Position numbers and translations under genes: made by a program | DNA from: Planctomycetota bacterium | Lineage (GTDB): Bacteria > Planctomycetota > UBA8108 > SXIK01 | DNA length: 64,000 bases | Assembly: GCA_965223845.1 (NCBI GenBank) | Contig: CBDCXR010000004.1 | Span: 3,584,001-3,648,000 of the forward strand | Reading direction: 5' to 3' | The notes under the pieces: model-generated | The model's database searches: none | What the model saw: the letters and a program-made list of their open reading frames with translations, nothing else | Told to the model about the DNA's origin: nothing | In this document: positions 18,926 through 29,117 of the stretch, piece by piece | Layout: every line of letters begins with the position of its first letter | How positions within the stretch are numbered: the first letter of the stretch is position 1

Positions 18926-21121
18926 TCAAGCGCTCTTCTTCTTCCGCGATCGTCCGCTGCGCGCCGGCTTCTTCGACTTCTTTTTCGTCGACCGGCTCGG
19001 CGCCTTCGACCGACTGGGCTTCTTCTTCGCCTTCGGCGCGGCCGGCTTCTTTCCGCTCTTCCGTGCCGCCGCGGGGCGCTTCGACCCGCCCGAGCTCTTC
19101 GACTTGGCCGGCCGCTTCGTCTTCGAGCTCTTCGCCGGCGCCTTCTTCGATTTCCCAGTCGATTTCGCGCTCTTCTTCGGCGCGGACTTTTTCGCCCCGC
19201 TCTGCTTCACCGTGGCCTTCTTCTTCGCCGGAGACTTCTTCGCCGAGGATTTCTCGGCCGCGGCCTTCTTCTTCGCGGTCGCGGCGCTCGACGCCGGGGC
19301 GCGCTTCTTTCCCGCCGCGGATTCCTTGGCGGGGGCCTTCGATGATTTCGTGCGCGCGGACGTCCCCGGAGCCTTTGCGGACTCGCTCTTCGCCGCCGCC
19401 TTCTTTCCCGCGGCCGCCTTCTTTCCCGAGGCAGCCTTCCCCGACTTCTTCGGCGCCTCGGCTTCGGTGCGCGCGGCCGCCTGCTCGAGCTTTCGCTTCG
19501 CCGACGCCGCAATCTTCGCTCGGGGGAACTTCCGCACGACGTACTTGAGCATCGTCTCGCCGAACGGCCGGAACTCCTCGCCCTCCTCGATAAAATGGAA
19601 CCCGAGGAAGAAGAAATCCTCCGGCTTCAGATCGGAGTCGCCGCGAAGCTTTCGCACGAGGGCATCGCGACTGTCGCAGACGAGTGCGCGGAGAACGCGG
19701 AGACCGTGGTTCGAGCGACGCGCCGACGGGGCCAGCTCTTGCGCACTCAGCTTGAGGTGCGCGACTCCGAGGAGGTAACGCCCTTCGGCGTTGATCAGAT
19801 GGTTGTCCCAGAGAAGCTGGAGCACGGTCGCCATCTTCTCCCATTTGTCACTCGTCCGGCGGCGCTTGAGTGCCCAGGCACGGTCGTACACCATTTTCCG
19901 CAGCGGAGTCGTGTCGACGGCGCGGACGAACTCGAGAAACGCCTCGTAGTGAGCGTCGTTCTGCTCGTAGAGCGCGAGAAGCCTCTTGCACGCTCGGTCG
20001 AGGTAGCGAACGCGCGCCGACTGCGGGAACTCGCGCAGAATCGCGTTCACCCGCTGGGTGACCTCGAGGTCGGTCGTCTCCATCAGAAGGCCGAAGAGCG
20101 AATCGACCGCCCCGGGCATCTTTCGGAGCGAGTCCTGCGCGGCCTCGCGCACGCGGAAACGCGCGTCACCGAGGAAGGGGAGGATCGCCTTCGCTGCGTC
20201 TGGACTTCGCGACTTCTCCAGTCGTTCGAAAACGTGAATCTGGACCGAGAAGTGAGGTGAATCGGCGAGGAGACGGACGAGCTGGCTCTGACGGGAGTCG
20301 GGAGCCTCCAGCCGCTCGAACGTCCGGAGTGCGTGCTGCGCGACGTTGTACCAATCTTCGTCGCAGAGCATCTTCTCGATGAACCGGTGGTCGGCGCTCG
20401 TGAGCGCGTCTTCGTCGGCAACTCGAGCGAACGAGACCATCGCGTGCAGCCGCACCTCCGGCGGGTACGTCTCGGACGCCAGGAGCCGCAGGGCGGCGCG
20501 AGCCTTCGTCGTCGGAAACTCGCCGCGAAGGTGGCCGTAGAGGATGGCCGCGCTGACGAGAGCCTGCGGGGAAGCCTTCCCCTCGCCCGCCTTGACGAGT
20601 CGCCCGAGCGCCGGAAGACAGGCGCGGTGCTCCTTCGGATCGAGCCGATCGAGGATCTCACCGACTTGAACGGTAATGAACTTCTGCAGATCGAACGACT
20701 CGTCCGCGAGAACGGTCGTCAGGTAGGCGACCGCGTCCGTCCCGCCGATCCGCCGGAGCGCGGTCACGACGGAGCGCTTGCCCGAGAAATCCGCCGTATC
20801 GTAGAGCTTTTTCAGCGCCGAGAGCGCCGCGGACCCCATGGATTCGAGTACGCGTGTCGCCGGCTCTCGAAGCGGACCGTCGGCGAGGATCAGAGGAGCT
20901 ACGTTCGCCGCGGCTCCGTTCACCTTGAGCTTCGCGAGCCCGTTTAAGGCGAGGAGCTGAAGCTGCTCGTCGGGATCGGAGAGGCCACGACTCAGGGCGA
21001 CGACGACGGGCCTCGAGTCGAGCCCCACCTCGGAAACCACGCGGAGCGTCGCGCGACGCAGATCGGGATCCTCGTGGTCGAGGAGCTGCGTCAGCCGCTT
21101 GATGACAGTGCTTGGGTTCAT
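18926..21121 (-). CDS. HEAT-repeat protein with Lys/Ala/Ser-rich histone-H1-like C-terminal tail
   Basis: HEAT-like units (LLDHEDPDLRRATL, LSDPDEQLQLLAL, LGDARFRVREAA); last ~180 aa are KKA/KKS/PAK repeats. Confidence 0.82.
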   Translation of the reverse strand: MNPSTVIKRLTQLLDHEDPDLRRATLRVVSEVGLDSRPVVVALSRGLSDPDEQLQLLALNGLAKLKVNGAAANVAPLILADGPLREPATRVLESMGSAALSALKKLYDTADFSGKRSVVTALRRIGGTDAVAYLTTVLADESFDLQKFITVQVGEILDRLDPKEHRACLPALGRLVKAGEGKASPQALVSAAILYGHLRGEFPTTKARAALRLLASETYPPEVRLHAMVSFARVADEDALTSADHRFIEKMLCDEDWYNVAQHALRTFERLEAPDSRQSQLVRLLADSPHFSVQIHVFERLEKSRSPDAAKAILPFLGDARFRVREAAQDSLRKMPGAVDSLFGLLMETTDLEVTQRVNAILREFPQSARVRYLDRACKRLLALYEQNDAHYEAFLEFVRAVDTTPLRKMVYDRAWALKRRRTSDKWEKMATVLQLLWDNHLINAEGRYLLGVAHLKLSAQELAPSARRSNHGLRVLRALVCDSRDALVRKLRGDSDLKPEDFFFLGFHFIEEGEEFRPFGETMLKYVVRKFPRAKIAASAKRKLEQAAARTEAEAPKKSGKAASGKKAAAGKKAAAKSESAKAPGTSARTKSSKAPAKESAAGKKRAPASSAATAKKKAAAEKSSAKKSPAKKKATVKQSGAKKSAPKKSAKSTGKSKKAPAKSSKTKRPAKSKSSGGSKRPAAARKSGKKPAAPKAKKKPSRSKAPSRSTKKKSKKPARSGRSRKKKSA

Positions 21122-21613
21122 ATACGGGAAAGTCTACAGTCGATCCCGGCGGGCGAATCGGGCCATCGATCCGCGATCGGCCGGATCGAATCGGGGGCGG
21201 TCTCTCGGTCGAATCGCGCTCGTGTTCGCGCGACGACGTCCACCGTGACGGTCAACGCAGCCCGGAAGGGGATCCCTATGGAGTCTCAACCGTCTCGCTG
21301 CCGCCCGCCCGGTTCGGCGTGCCCCCCGGGAGCTGCCACCGCGCCCGAGACGGTTAAACCCTTTCGCGCGCCAACGTTAGTGTCTTTGCGGCCCCGCCCG
21401 GAGACCGAGCTCTCGGATCGGGCCCACGAAGGTCCACCGTCGGTGGTCATACACGCCCGACAAAATAACGCAGGGGCGCGAAAATCCATAGCGAAATCGT
21501 CGAGAGACGCCGGATGCGAGCCGTAAGCTCTTGCCTTTTAAGGCGTTAGGCTGTGCACGCACGCGGAGCACGGGAGACCCGGACGACGCCGGCTCCCACG
21601 GTGCTCTCGACGC

Positions 21614-22150
21614 TCATTCTTCGCTGATCTCGAAGTCGACGTCTCGAATCCGTCCGGGGGCGACCGACGGCCGAGGGCGGGTGTCGCGAGGTTCGACGGG
21701 TTCGGGGGGCGGTTCGCCCGTCGACTCGTAAAAGTTTTGTGTTTGGACGGTTACAACTCGCTCCGCCGCCGCGAGCGACCATCGCTGAACGAGACCGAGC
21801 ACGGCGTGGCGCGCGATGGGGAGGATCACGACGACACCCAAGACGTCCGTAATCGGCCCCGGAAGAATGAGGAGGAGCCCGCCGAAGCCGTACGCAGCGG
21901 CTTGAGTCAGGCGCCGGAATTCCGAGACGCCCTCCCGGCTGCCGTCGCGCCGCTCGAGTGCGGCATCGCGGAGGCGCTCGAGCATCCTCCCGCGGAGCCC
22001 ACGGGCGCAGACCAGCCCGAGAAGAAAGGTGCCGCCGTTCCACACGAGGCTCCAGACGAGCCCGATCTCGGTCGTGATCCGCCACAGGAGCGCGAACTCG
22101 AGAATCGGGACGAGCAGGATTGCAAAGAAGAGAAGGCGGAGCACGATCAC
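21614..22150 (-). CDS. fxsA: FxsA-family membrane protein
   Basis: LVPILEFALL...IG...GGLLLILPGPITDVLG; start approximate (ORF extends to 22213). Confidence 0.85.
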   Translation of the reverse strand: MIVLRLLFFAILLVPILEFALLWRITTEIGLVWSLVWNGGTFLLGLVCARGLRGRMLERLRDAALERRDGSREGVSEFRRLTQAAAYGFGGLLLILPGPITDVLGVVVILPIARHAVLGLVQRWSLAAAERVVTVQTQNFYESTGEPPPEPVEPRDTRPRPSVAPGRIRDVDFEISEE

Positions 22151-22346
22151 AGAACAGTCTCGGGGAGAACGGGCGAACGGTGCGATGCTACCGGGGTCGG
22201 GATCGGCCGACAAGCGATCGGCCGTGAGACTACTGATTGTGAGACCGCAGATCGGGGGTGGGGAGAACGACCGCTCCCGCCCGATCGAAGAGGATGACTC
22301 GGCGGCGCGACGCCGGGTGAGCCGTCAGGCAGGAACGGAGCTTCGC

Positions 22347-23864
22347 ATGAGCGATTCGATACTCGCCGCGCTGGAGATCACGGGAGAGAGTCCCGGTACG
22401 TACGCGAACGGAAGCTGGCTCGATGGGGAGACGTCGATCGAGTCGTGGAATCCAGCGACGGAGCGGCGAATCGGAAGCGTCCGATTGACGTCGCCCGAAC
22501 AGCTCGACCAGGTCGTCGAGGCCGCGCGAGCGACATTCGAGAGGTGGCGCGCGCTTCCCGCGCCGCGCCGAGGCGAGTACGTGCGGCGCATCGGCGAGGC
22601 CCTCCGCGCGAAGAAGCACGAGCTCGCCCGTCTCGTGACCTCCGAATGCGGCAAGATCCTCAGCGAGGCGGAAGGCGAAGTTCAGGAGATGATCGACATC
22701 GCGGACTTCGCCGTCGGCCTCTCGCGCAGCTTCGGCGGTCTCACGCTTCCGAGCGAGCGGCCCGACCACCGCATGTTCGAGCAGTGGCATCCTCTCGGTC
22801 CGGTCGGCGTCATCACCGCGTTCAATTTTCCCGTCGCGGTGTGGGCGTGGAACGCGATGATCGCCGCCGTCTGTGGGGACACGGTGATCTGGAAGCCCTC
22901 TGAGAAAACCCCGCTCACGGCGGTCGCAGTGACGGAGATCGTTCACCGGGTCGTCGCACCCGACGGCTGGGGCGGTGTGTTTCAGCTCGTGAGCGGCGAT
23001 CGCGCTCTCGGCTCTCGCCTCGCGGAGGATCCTCGCCTCCCGCTGATCAGCGCGACCGGGAGCTGCGGGATGGGAAAGCAGGTGGCCGAGATCGTCGGTC
23101 GCCGACTCGGCCGCACCCTTCTCGAGCTAGGCGGAAACAACGGCCTCGTCGTCCTCGACGACGCCGACGTCTCCCTCGCGCTCCGCGCCGTCGCCTTCGG
23201 GGCCGTCGGCACGGCCGGGCAGCGCTGCACCACGACACGGAGGCTCATCATCGAGAAGGGGATCGCCGCCGAATTCGAGCGCAAGCTCGTGCGAGCGTTC
23301 GGCAGCGTGCGCATCGGCGATCCGGCGGAGCCGGATGTTCTCCTCGGCCCGCTCATCGATTCGCGTGCCGTCGAGCAGTACCGCTCCGCGATCGACGCCA
23401 TTCGCGCCGAAGGCGGTGAGATTCTGTGCGGCGGCGAAGCCATCGATCGACCGGGTCACTTCGTCCAGCCGACCATCGTCCGCGCGCGTCCAGACATGCC
23501 GATCGTCGGCGAAGAGACCTTCGCCCCGATCCTCTACGTGCTCCACGTGAACGACCTCGACGAAGCGATCGCCGTCCACAACCGCGTGCGCCAGGGACTC
23601 TCTTCGGCGATCTTCACGACGTCGCAGCGGAGCGCGGAGCGTTTTCTCTCGGCCGCGGGGAGCGACTGCGGCATCGCGAACGTCAATCTCGGCACGAGCG
23701 GCGCGGAGATCGGCGGGGCGTTCGGCGGCGAAAAGGAAACCGGTGGCGGACGCGAGGCGGGCTCAGACTCGTGGAAGGCCTATATGCGCCGACAGACCTG
23801 TACGATCAACTACGGGAGCGAACTGCCGCTCGCGCAGGGAGTCCGCTTCGACGTCGAAGCTTAG
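22347..23864 (+). CDS. Aldehyde dehydrogenase family 7 (piperideine-6-carboxylate/aminoadipate-semialdehyde dehydrogenase-like)
   Basis: ITAFNFPVAVWAWN, WKPSEKTP, LELGGNN, GTAGQRCT, EETFAP, GAEIGGAFGGEKETGGGRE. Confidence 0.93.
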   Translation: MSDSILAALEITGESPGTYANGSWLDGETSIESWNPATERRIGSVRLTSPEQLDQVVEAARATFERWRALPAPRRGEYVRRIGEALRAKKHELARLVTSECGKILSEAEGEVQEMIDIADFAVGLSRSFGGLTLPSERPDHRMFEQWHPLGPVGVITAFNFPVAVWAWNAMIAAVCGDTVIWKPSEKTPLTAVAVTEIVHRVVAPDGWGGVFQLVSGDRALGSRLAEDPRLPLISATGSCGMGKQVAEIVGRRLGRTLLELGGNNGLVVLDDADVSLALRAVAFGAVGTAGQRCTTTRRLIIEKGIAAEFERKLVRAFGSVRIGDPAEPDVLLGPLIDSRAVEQYRSAIDAIRAEGGEILCGGEAIDRPGHFVQPTIVRARPDMPIVGEETFAPILYVLHVNDLDEAIAVHNRVRQGLSSAIFTTSQRSAERFLSAAGSDCGIANVNLGTSGAEIGGAFGGEKETGGGREAGSDSWKAYMRRQTCTINYGSELPLAQGVRFDVEA

Positions 23865-24154
23865 CGCGCGTCGACGGGGCTCGGTGCCCGAGGAAGCGCC
23901 ACACCGATCGATCCCGTCCAACGAAATCCACGTCTTTCCGCAGCTCGAGGTCGACGGTCACGGTTTGATGCGCGCACCTCTCGCCGCTCGATTCACGAGC
24001 CGCCGGGAACTTCGTCTTTCGTACGGATGCGCGATGTGAATCGCGCTGGCGGGGCCTCACGGCCCGCAGTATAACGAGCGGGAGATTCCTCTCCGGATGG
24101 GTCACTCGATTCGATAGCGCCAACCTAGAGGTCTGATTCGGTAACCGAGCGCGA

Positions 24155-25219
24155 GTGCTCACGCGGCCCCTTGGCCGCCGGTCGAGCACCCGTTCGGGCT
24201 CGCGGTTCCGATCTGCGATTGGTGAACTCCGCTCTTCTGGCCCGTGGAACCCCGCTTTGGAACCGCGCGTTCGATCACTCTACAAGAATGTCCGCAGCGT
24301 CATCTTCGGCAAGGATGACGTCGTCGAGCTCGCGCTCACGAGCCTCCTCGCTGGCGGCCATCTCCTCATCGAGGACGCCCCTGGTCTCGGGAAGACGATG
24401 CTCGCCCGCGCGATCGCCCAGTCGCTCGACGCGGAGTTCAAGCGCATTCAGTTCACTCCCGACCTCCTCCCGTCCGACGTAACCGGCGTCTCGGTGTTTT
24501 CGCCGCAGCGACAGGAGTTCGAGTTCCGCGCGGGTCCGATCTTCACGCACGTCCTCCTCGCCGACGAGATCAATCGAACGTCTCCGCGAACGCAGTCGAG
24601 CCTCCTCGAGAGCATGGAGGAGGGACAAGTCTCGCTCGACGGCGAAACGCATCGACTCCCCGATCCGTTCTTCGTCATCGCAACGCAGAACCCGATCGAG
24701 CTCGAGGGTACGTATCCGCTTCCGGAGGCGCAGCTCGATCGCTTCTTGATGCAAGTCAGCCTCGGGTACCCGAGCGCTGAGGACGAGATCCGCGTCCTCG
24801 CCGAGCAGATCGACAGCCACCCGATCGAGCGCCTGCGTCCGGTCCTATCGGTCGGTGATCTCCTGCGGCTCCGCGAAGATGTCCGGCGCGTGCGCCTCGC
24901 TCCGACGGTCCAGCGCTACTTGGTCGATCTCGTACGGGCGACTCGCGCGGCACCGGAGACCCGCCTCGGGTCCAGTCCTCGCGGCGCGGTCGCGCTCATG
25001 CGTGCGAGCCAGGCGCACGCGTTTCTGCGCGGCCGCGAGTACGTCCCGCCCGATTCGGTCAAGCGACTCGCGCCGTACGTACTCGCCCATCGCCTGGTGC
25101 TCGATCCGCACGTCGAATACACCGGCCTCACAAAGCTCGGCGTTCTCGGACGGGTTCTCAAGGAAGTCCCGGTGCCGACGCTCCCTCATGACCAGGTCCA
25201 CTCCAGCACTCCGAGATAA
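24155..25219 (+). CDS. MoxR-family AAA+ ATPase (true start possibly TTG 24257)
   Basis: DAPGLGKT, RIQFTPDLLPSD, LADEINR, ATQNPIE..GTYPLPEAQLDRF, SPRG. Confidence 0.94.
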   Translation: MLTRPLGRRSSTRSGSRFRSAIGELRSSGPWNPALEPRVRSLYKNVRSVIFGKDDVVELALTSLLAGGHLLIEDAPGLGKTMLARAIAQSLDAEFKRIQFTPDLLPSDVTGVSVFSPQRQEFEFRAGPIFTHVLLADEINRTSPRTQSSLLESMEEGQVSLDGETHRLPDPFFVIATQNPIELEGTYPLPEAQLDRFLMQVSLGYPSAEDEIRVLAEQIDSHPIERLRPVLSVGDLLRLREDVRRVRLAPTVQRYLVDLVRATRAAPETRLGSSPRGAVALMRASQAHAFLRGREYVPPDSVKRLAPYVLAHRLVLDPHVEYTGLTKLGVLGRVLKEVPVPTLPHDQVHSSTPR

Positions 25220-26465
25220 CTGCAGCTCGGCGGCGCCGATGGGCCTTGTCGCGGCGGTCGCTCTCGTTTACGGCTTGGTCTTCGCCCATCCGACCGCAGC
25301 GGCGTTCGGAGTGGCGGCCCTCGCGGTGATCGGCGTCGTCTACGCGATCGCGCGCTCCGGGCTCCGCGGGATCCGCATCTCGCGCACGGTCCGTGAGAGT
25401 GCGGTCGAAGGAGACGAAGTCGAAGTCGTCCTCCACCTCGAGAGCCAATCGCGCTGGTCGGTGTTCCTCCCGCTGATCTACGACTGCTTTACGCCCGAAT
25501 TTCACACGCATCATCGCGTCCTCTTCCCGTTTCGGATTCGCCCGGGGGAGTCGCTTTCCGGTCGTTACACGGGACGCTGCCTTCTTCCGCGCGGAGTCTA
25601 CCGTCTCGGTCCGACGACCATCGTCGTGTCCGATCCACTCGGCTGGTTTCGACTGCGAAAGACCGTCGCGATCGAGCAAGAGCTCAAGGTGTACCCGCGC
25701 TTCGGAGACTACGGCGTCGACGAACGCTGCGGTGACACGACGTCGCTACTCTCCGACATGATCCATCGCGCGGCGATCGGCGAGAGCCTCGAGTTTGCCA
25801 CCGTTCGGGACTACCGTCCCGGCGATCCGCTGCGACACGTCCACTGGCCGCTCACGGCGCACCGGGGGTTTCCCGTCGTGCGCGAGTTTGCGCGGACCTC
25901 GCGCGGCGACCTCACTCTCTACCTCGATCTCTACCAGCGAAGCGTTCTCGGCATCGGACGCGGGTCGAGCTTGGAACAGAGCGTGAAGATCACGGCCGCG
26001 CTCGGCGCGAGCGCGCTTCGACGCGGATACCGCGTCGCCACGATCGCCTGGGGTCCGACGCGGCGCTCGTTGCCGCTCGTGCGGGGCGCCGGTCAGCTCC
26101 AGGTTCTTCTCGACCTCCTGGTCACGGTGAAGCCGAATGGCGAGGTCCCGCTCGACGAAGTGCTCGAGCGCACCCGAGCCGAGATTCCGACCGGCGGGAC
26201 CGTCGTCGTCCCGATCTCGCCGTACCTTCGCACGTCGAAGGCATTCGAGCGTCGCCTCGTCGCCCTCCGCCGCTCGGGCTGCCGTGTCGTCGCCGTCGTC
26301 TACGACGATGCGACGTACCGGCGCGTCTACGACGACGCCCGCCCGGGAGAGTCGGCCGAGGCCTTCGCCCACGGACTCCGCGCGCGCGGAATCGACGTGT
26401 TCGTCATTCCCTGCGCGGCCGACCTCGCCGCGGCGTTTCGCGAGGGAGCTGCGCTCGCGCGATGA
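25188..26465 (+). CDS. DUF58 domain membrane protein
   Basis: N-terminal TM pair; RGVYRLGP...DPLG, VYPR, VRDYRPGDPLRHVHW...VVREF. Confidence 0.9.
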   Translation: MTRSTPALRDNCSSAAPMGLVAAVALVYGLVFAHPTAAAFGVAALAVIGVVYAIARSGLRGIRISRTVRESAVEGDEVEVVLHLESQSRWSVFLPLIYDCFTPEFHTHHRVLFPFRIRPGESLSGRYTGRCLLPRGVYRLGPTTIVVSDPLGWFRLRKTVAIEQELKVYPRFGDYGVDERCGDTTSLLSDMIHRAAIGESLEFATVRDYRPGDPLRHVHWPLTAHRGFPVVREFARTSRGDLTLYLDLYQRSVLGIGRGSSLEQSVKITAALGASALRRGYRVATIAWGPTRRSLPLVRGAGQLQVLLDLLVTVKPNGEVPLDEVLERTRAEIPTGGTVVVPISPYLRTSKAFERRLVALRRSGCRVVAVVYDDATYRRVYDDARPGESAEAFAHGLRARGIDVFVIPCAADLAAAFREGAALAR

Positions 26466-29074
26466 GATTCTTCTACGAGATCTACAGCACGCGCCGGCGT
26501 GCCGACCTGCTCCTCACCGCCGCGGACATCGCTTGCGTCAGCACGGTCGTTGCGTTCGCGACGGGAGTTTTGGGTTCGCGCGCTCCGGGAGTCGAGATCG
26601 GCCTTCTCTTCCTCTGGGCGGGAACGCCGCGATGCGTCGCGAAGGCGATCGCGCGCTTCGACCGCCCCGCCGCGTTTCACCGAGCGCTCGCCGCGTCGCT
26701 CCTCCTCACGACAGGGATCGTCGTCCTCCTCGTCACGGGCTGGGATCTCGTTCAATCCGTGAGCGGAGCCTCGCCGGGCTGCAGTCCAACGCCGCTGACA
26801 CTGGGGCTGATGTTCTGTGCGTGGGGCGCGGGGTTCCTCGTCCTCCAATCGCGGACGTACCGGCTCGCCGACTTCTTCCTCGCCGCGACGATCGCGTCCG
26901 GTCTCAAGGATGGTCTTCCCGACTGGGCGCTCTGGTTGCCGTTGTTCTTCGGCGCCATCGCGGCGTCCTCCGCGGTACGGCATCTTCTCCACAACGTCTT
27001 CTCCGAGACGAGGACGCCTCCGCTCAATCTTCAGAACGCGCGCGTCATCGCGGCGGCGGTGGGAATCGGTGGGGCGTGTATCTTCCTCGCGCTCAGCTTC
27101 GTCTTCGGCGGCGGCACGATGCCCGAGAACTCGCGAGTCGTCGCGACCGCAGAGCTCCACGAGCGAGAAGCGCGCCGACTCGAGCGCCGGGACGCGAGCG
27201 CGCGTGGGGGGTCGAGCTCGAGTCTGGGCGACTCTTCGCTCGCTCCCCGCGCTCACGGAGCCCCGGGCGACGCGATGCCCGGAACGGCGCGACGAACCGC
27301 ACTGACGACGAGCGTCGCTCTTCACGATCTCGCGAAGCCGAATCTGGACGCGGGGGAAGTTCTCCGGGTTCGCGCGGTGCCGAACTCCCCCGCCGCACGC
27401 CGCTGGCGTCCCGCGCAGAGTTCGCTTTGGAAAGCGATGTCCTTCTCGACGTTCGATCCGCCGAGCCACTCGTGGTCAGATCCCGCCGCGCTCGTCGAGG
27501 TCGACGCAGAGGGTCGCATCGAACGCGAGATACCGGCCGACGTCGCCGAGACCAGAGAAACCGAGTCGATCGAGCTCCTCTATCACGTTGTTCAGCCGGT
27601 GTTCGCCCATATCGCCACGCCCTACTTCACGCGCGAAGTCCGCACCACCGGTGAGTTCGCACCCACACTCGAGAGCGTCGTCCTCACTCTCCCGGGCCGC
27701 GATCTGTATTCGGAACCGCAACTCGAAACGGGTGCGGTCTACGCGACGTCGACGCTGGCGACGGACGACATCTTTCGCCTTCCCATCCACCAGACCGCGG
27801 ACTCGGCAAGCATCGACCCACTGTATAGCGAGCTGCCGACGACGAGTGCGCTCGGATTCGACTTCGCCGCGACCGCCCGCGGCTTCCGCCTCCCGCTCAT
27901 CGGCACCGTCGCAGAGAAGGTCGACGTTCTCAAGACGAGGTTCCGAGAGGACGGCTACGTCTATTCGAACGCGAAGGCGTGGGAAAGCCTCGGCGCATCA
28001 CCGCTCGAGAACTTCTTCCGCGAGCGGCGCGGCGACTGCACGTACTTCGCGACTGCGGCCGCGCTCCTCCTCCGTTCCGCCGGCGTCCCGACCCGACTCG
28101 CGGCGGGTTTCCTCGGCGGAGAGTGGGATCCCGAGCGACACGAAGTGGTCATCCGAAATCAAACCGCACACGCGTGGGTGGAAGTGCACGTTCCCGGATC
28201 CGGTTGGTATCCGCTCGACCCGACGCGGTGGGTGAAGGCCGACTCCACGTCCGTGCTGCCGTCGGTCTCCGACGGATTCGAGCCACTCCCACCCGACCCG
28301 CATCAAGAACGCGACCCGAGCGAGCCGACCGAAGAGCCCGAGGTCGCGAACGACGGTAGCTCGACGACGTCGGACGCACACCGGCGACTGGGAGCCCGTG
28401 AAGCGCGGCGCCCTCCGCGGCGCCTCCTCCCCGCGCGCCCCCCACCGCCGAAGACTCGGCTGCGCTCCTTCGTTTCGATCGAGCGGAGCGCGCCGCCGCT
28501 ACCGGAGGACGATGCCACCACGGCAAACGCCGACAGCACCGCCGCGTCCGGCGGCGAAACCAGCCGCGCCTCGACGACGTCTCCCGCCGGCGATGCCCCG
28601 AATGACCCGAGCTCGAGTCGCCTCCGACTCTCGAAACGCTGGGGATTCGCCGTCCGCGTCCTCTTCGTCGGCGTGATCGGCGGCTTGATCGCCCTCGTGA
28701 TCCTGTCGTACCTGAAACCGGCGGCAGACGACGAGGACGATGCAGATGACGAAGACGGAATCCCCGACGATTTTCTCGTCGGAGAACCGATGTCCGTTCC
28801 GCTGTTCACGTCGTCAGCGCGCGACCGCGTACTCGGCGCCTACTACCGCCTGCAGGGACAACTCGCCGCGACGCGCGACCACCGCCGCGCGCACCAAACT
28901 CCGGTCGAGCATGCGCGGTCTCTCTACTCCCGCTCCCCGGAACTCGAGCGATGGTTCGACGAGGTCCATCGCGTGTTCTACCTCGTCCTCTACGCCGATC
29001 ACGAGATAGCGCCGTCCGAGGCTCAACGCTTCGAGTCGAACTGCCGGCGCATCCATCGGATCCTCTCGCGCTAG
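26462..29074 (+). CDS. Membrane-bound transglutaminase-like protein (TgpA-like) with C-terminal DUF4129-like domain
   Basis: Multi-TM N-terminus; triad GDCTYFA / HAWVEV / LDPT; further TM and TPVEHAR tail. Confidence 0.88.
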   Translation: MRFFYEIYSTRRRADLLLTAADIACVSTVVAFATGVLGSRAPGVEIGLLFLWAGTPRCVAKAIARFDRPAAFHRALAASLLLTTGIVVLLVTGWDLVQSVSGASPGCSPTPLTLGLMFCAWGAGFLVLQSRTYRLADFFLAATIASGLKDGLPDWALWLPLFFGAIAASSAVRHLLHNVFSETRTPPLNLQNARVIAAAVGIGGACIFLALSFVFGGGTMPENSRVVATAELHEREARRLERRDASARGGSSSSLGDSSLAPRAHGAPGDAMPGTARRTALTTSVALHDLAKPNLDAGEVLRVRAVPNSPAARRWRPAQSSLWKAMSFSTFDPPSHSWSDPAALVEVDAEGRIEREIPADVAETRETESIELLYHVVQPVFAHIATPYFTREVRTTGEFAPTLESVVLTLPGRDLYSEPQLETGAVYATSTLATDDIFRLPIHQTADSASIDPLYSELPTTSALGFDFAATARGFRLPLIGTVAEKVDVLKTRFREDGYVYSNAKAWESLGASPLENFFRERRGDCTYFATAAALLLRSAGVPTRLAAGFLGGEWDPERHEVVIRNQTAHAWVEVHVPGSGWYPLDPTRWVKADSTSVLPSVSDGFEPLPPDPHQERDPSEPTEEPEVANDGSSTTSDAHRRLGAREARRPPRRLLPARPPPPKTRLRSFVSIERSAPPLPEDDATTANADSTAASGGETSRASTTSPAGDAPNDPSSSRLRLSKRWGFAVRVLFVGVIGGLIALVILSYLKPAADDEDDADDEDGIPDDFLVGEPMSVPLFTSSARDRVLGAYYRLQGQLAATRDHRRAHQTPVEHARSLYSRSPELERWFDEVHRVFYLVLYADHEIAPSEAQRFESNCRRIHRILSR

Positions 29075-29117
29075 CCGGCGATCCTCACGTCGACGACACC
29101 GGCGCGTCCCCGCCCGA

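Noticed and set aside
18852-19778. Phe/Ala-rich 308-aa ORF that looks like a membrane protein
   Set aside because: Reverse complement of the Lys-rich tail (AAG read as TTC/CTT).
21250-21420. Partial resemblance to SRP RNA (CCGGAAGG) and c-di-GMP-I riboswitch (CGCAAAG on the minus strand)
   Set aside because: The other required conserved elements (CAGG/AGCAG loop; GGCAAAC and second stem) are missing.
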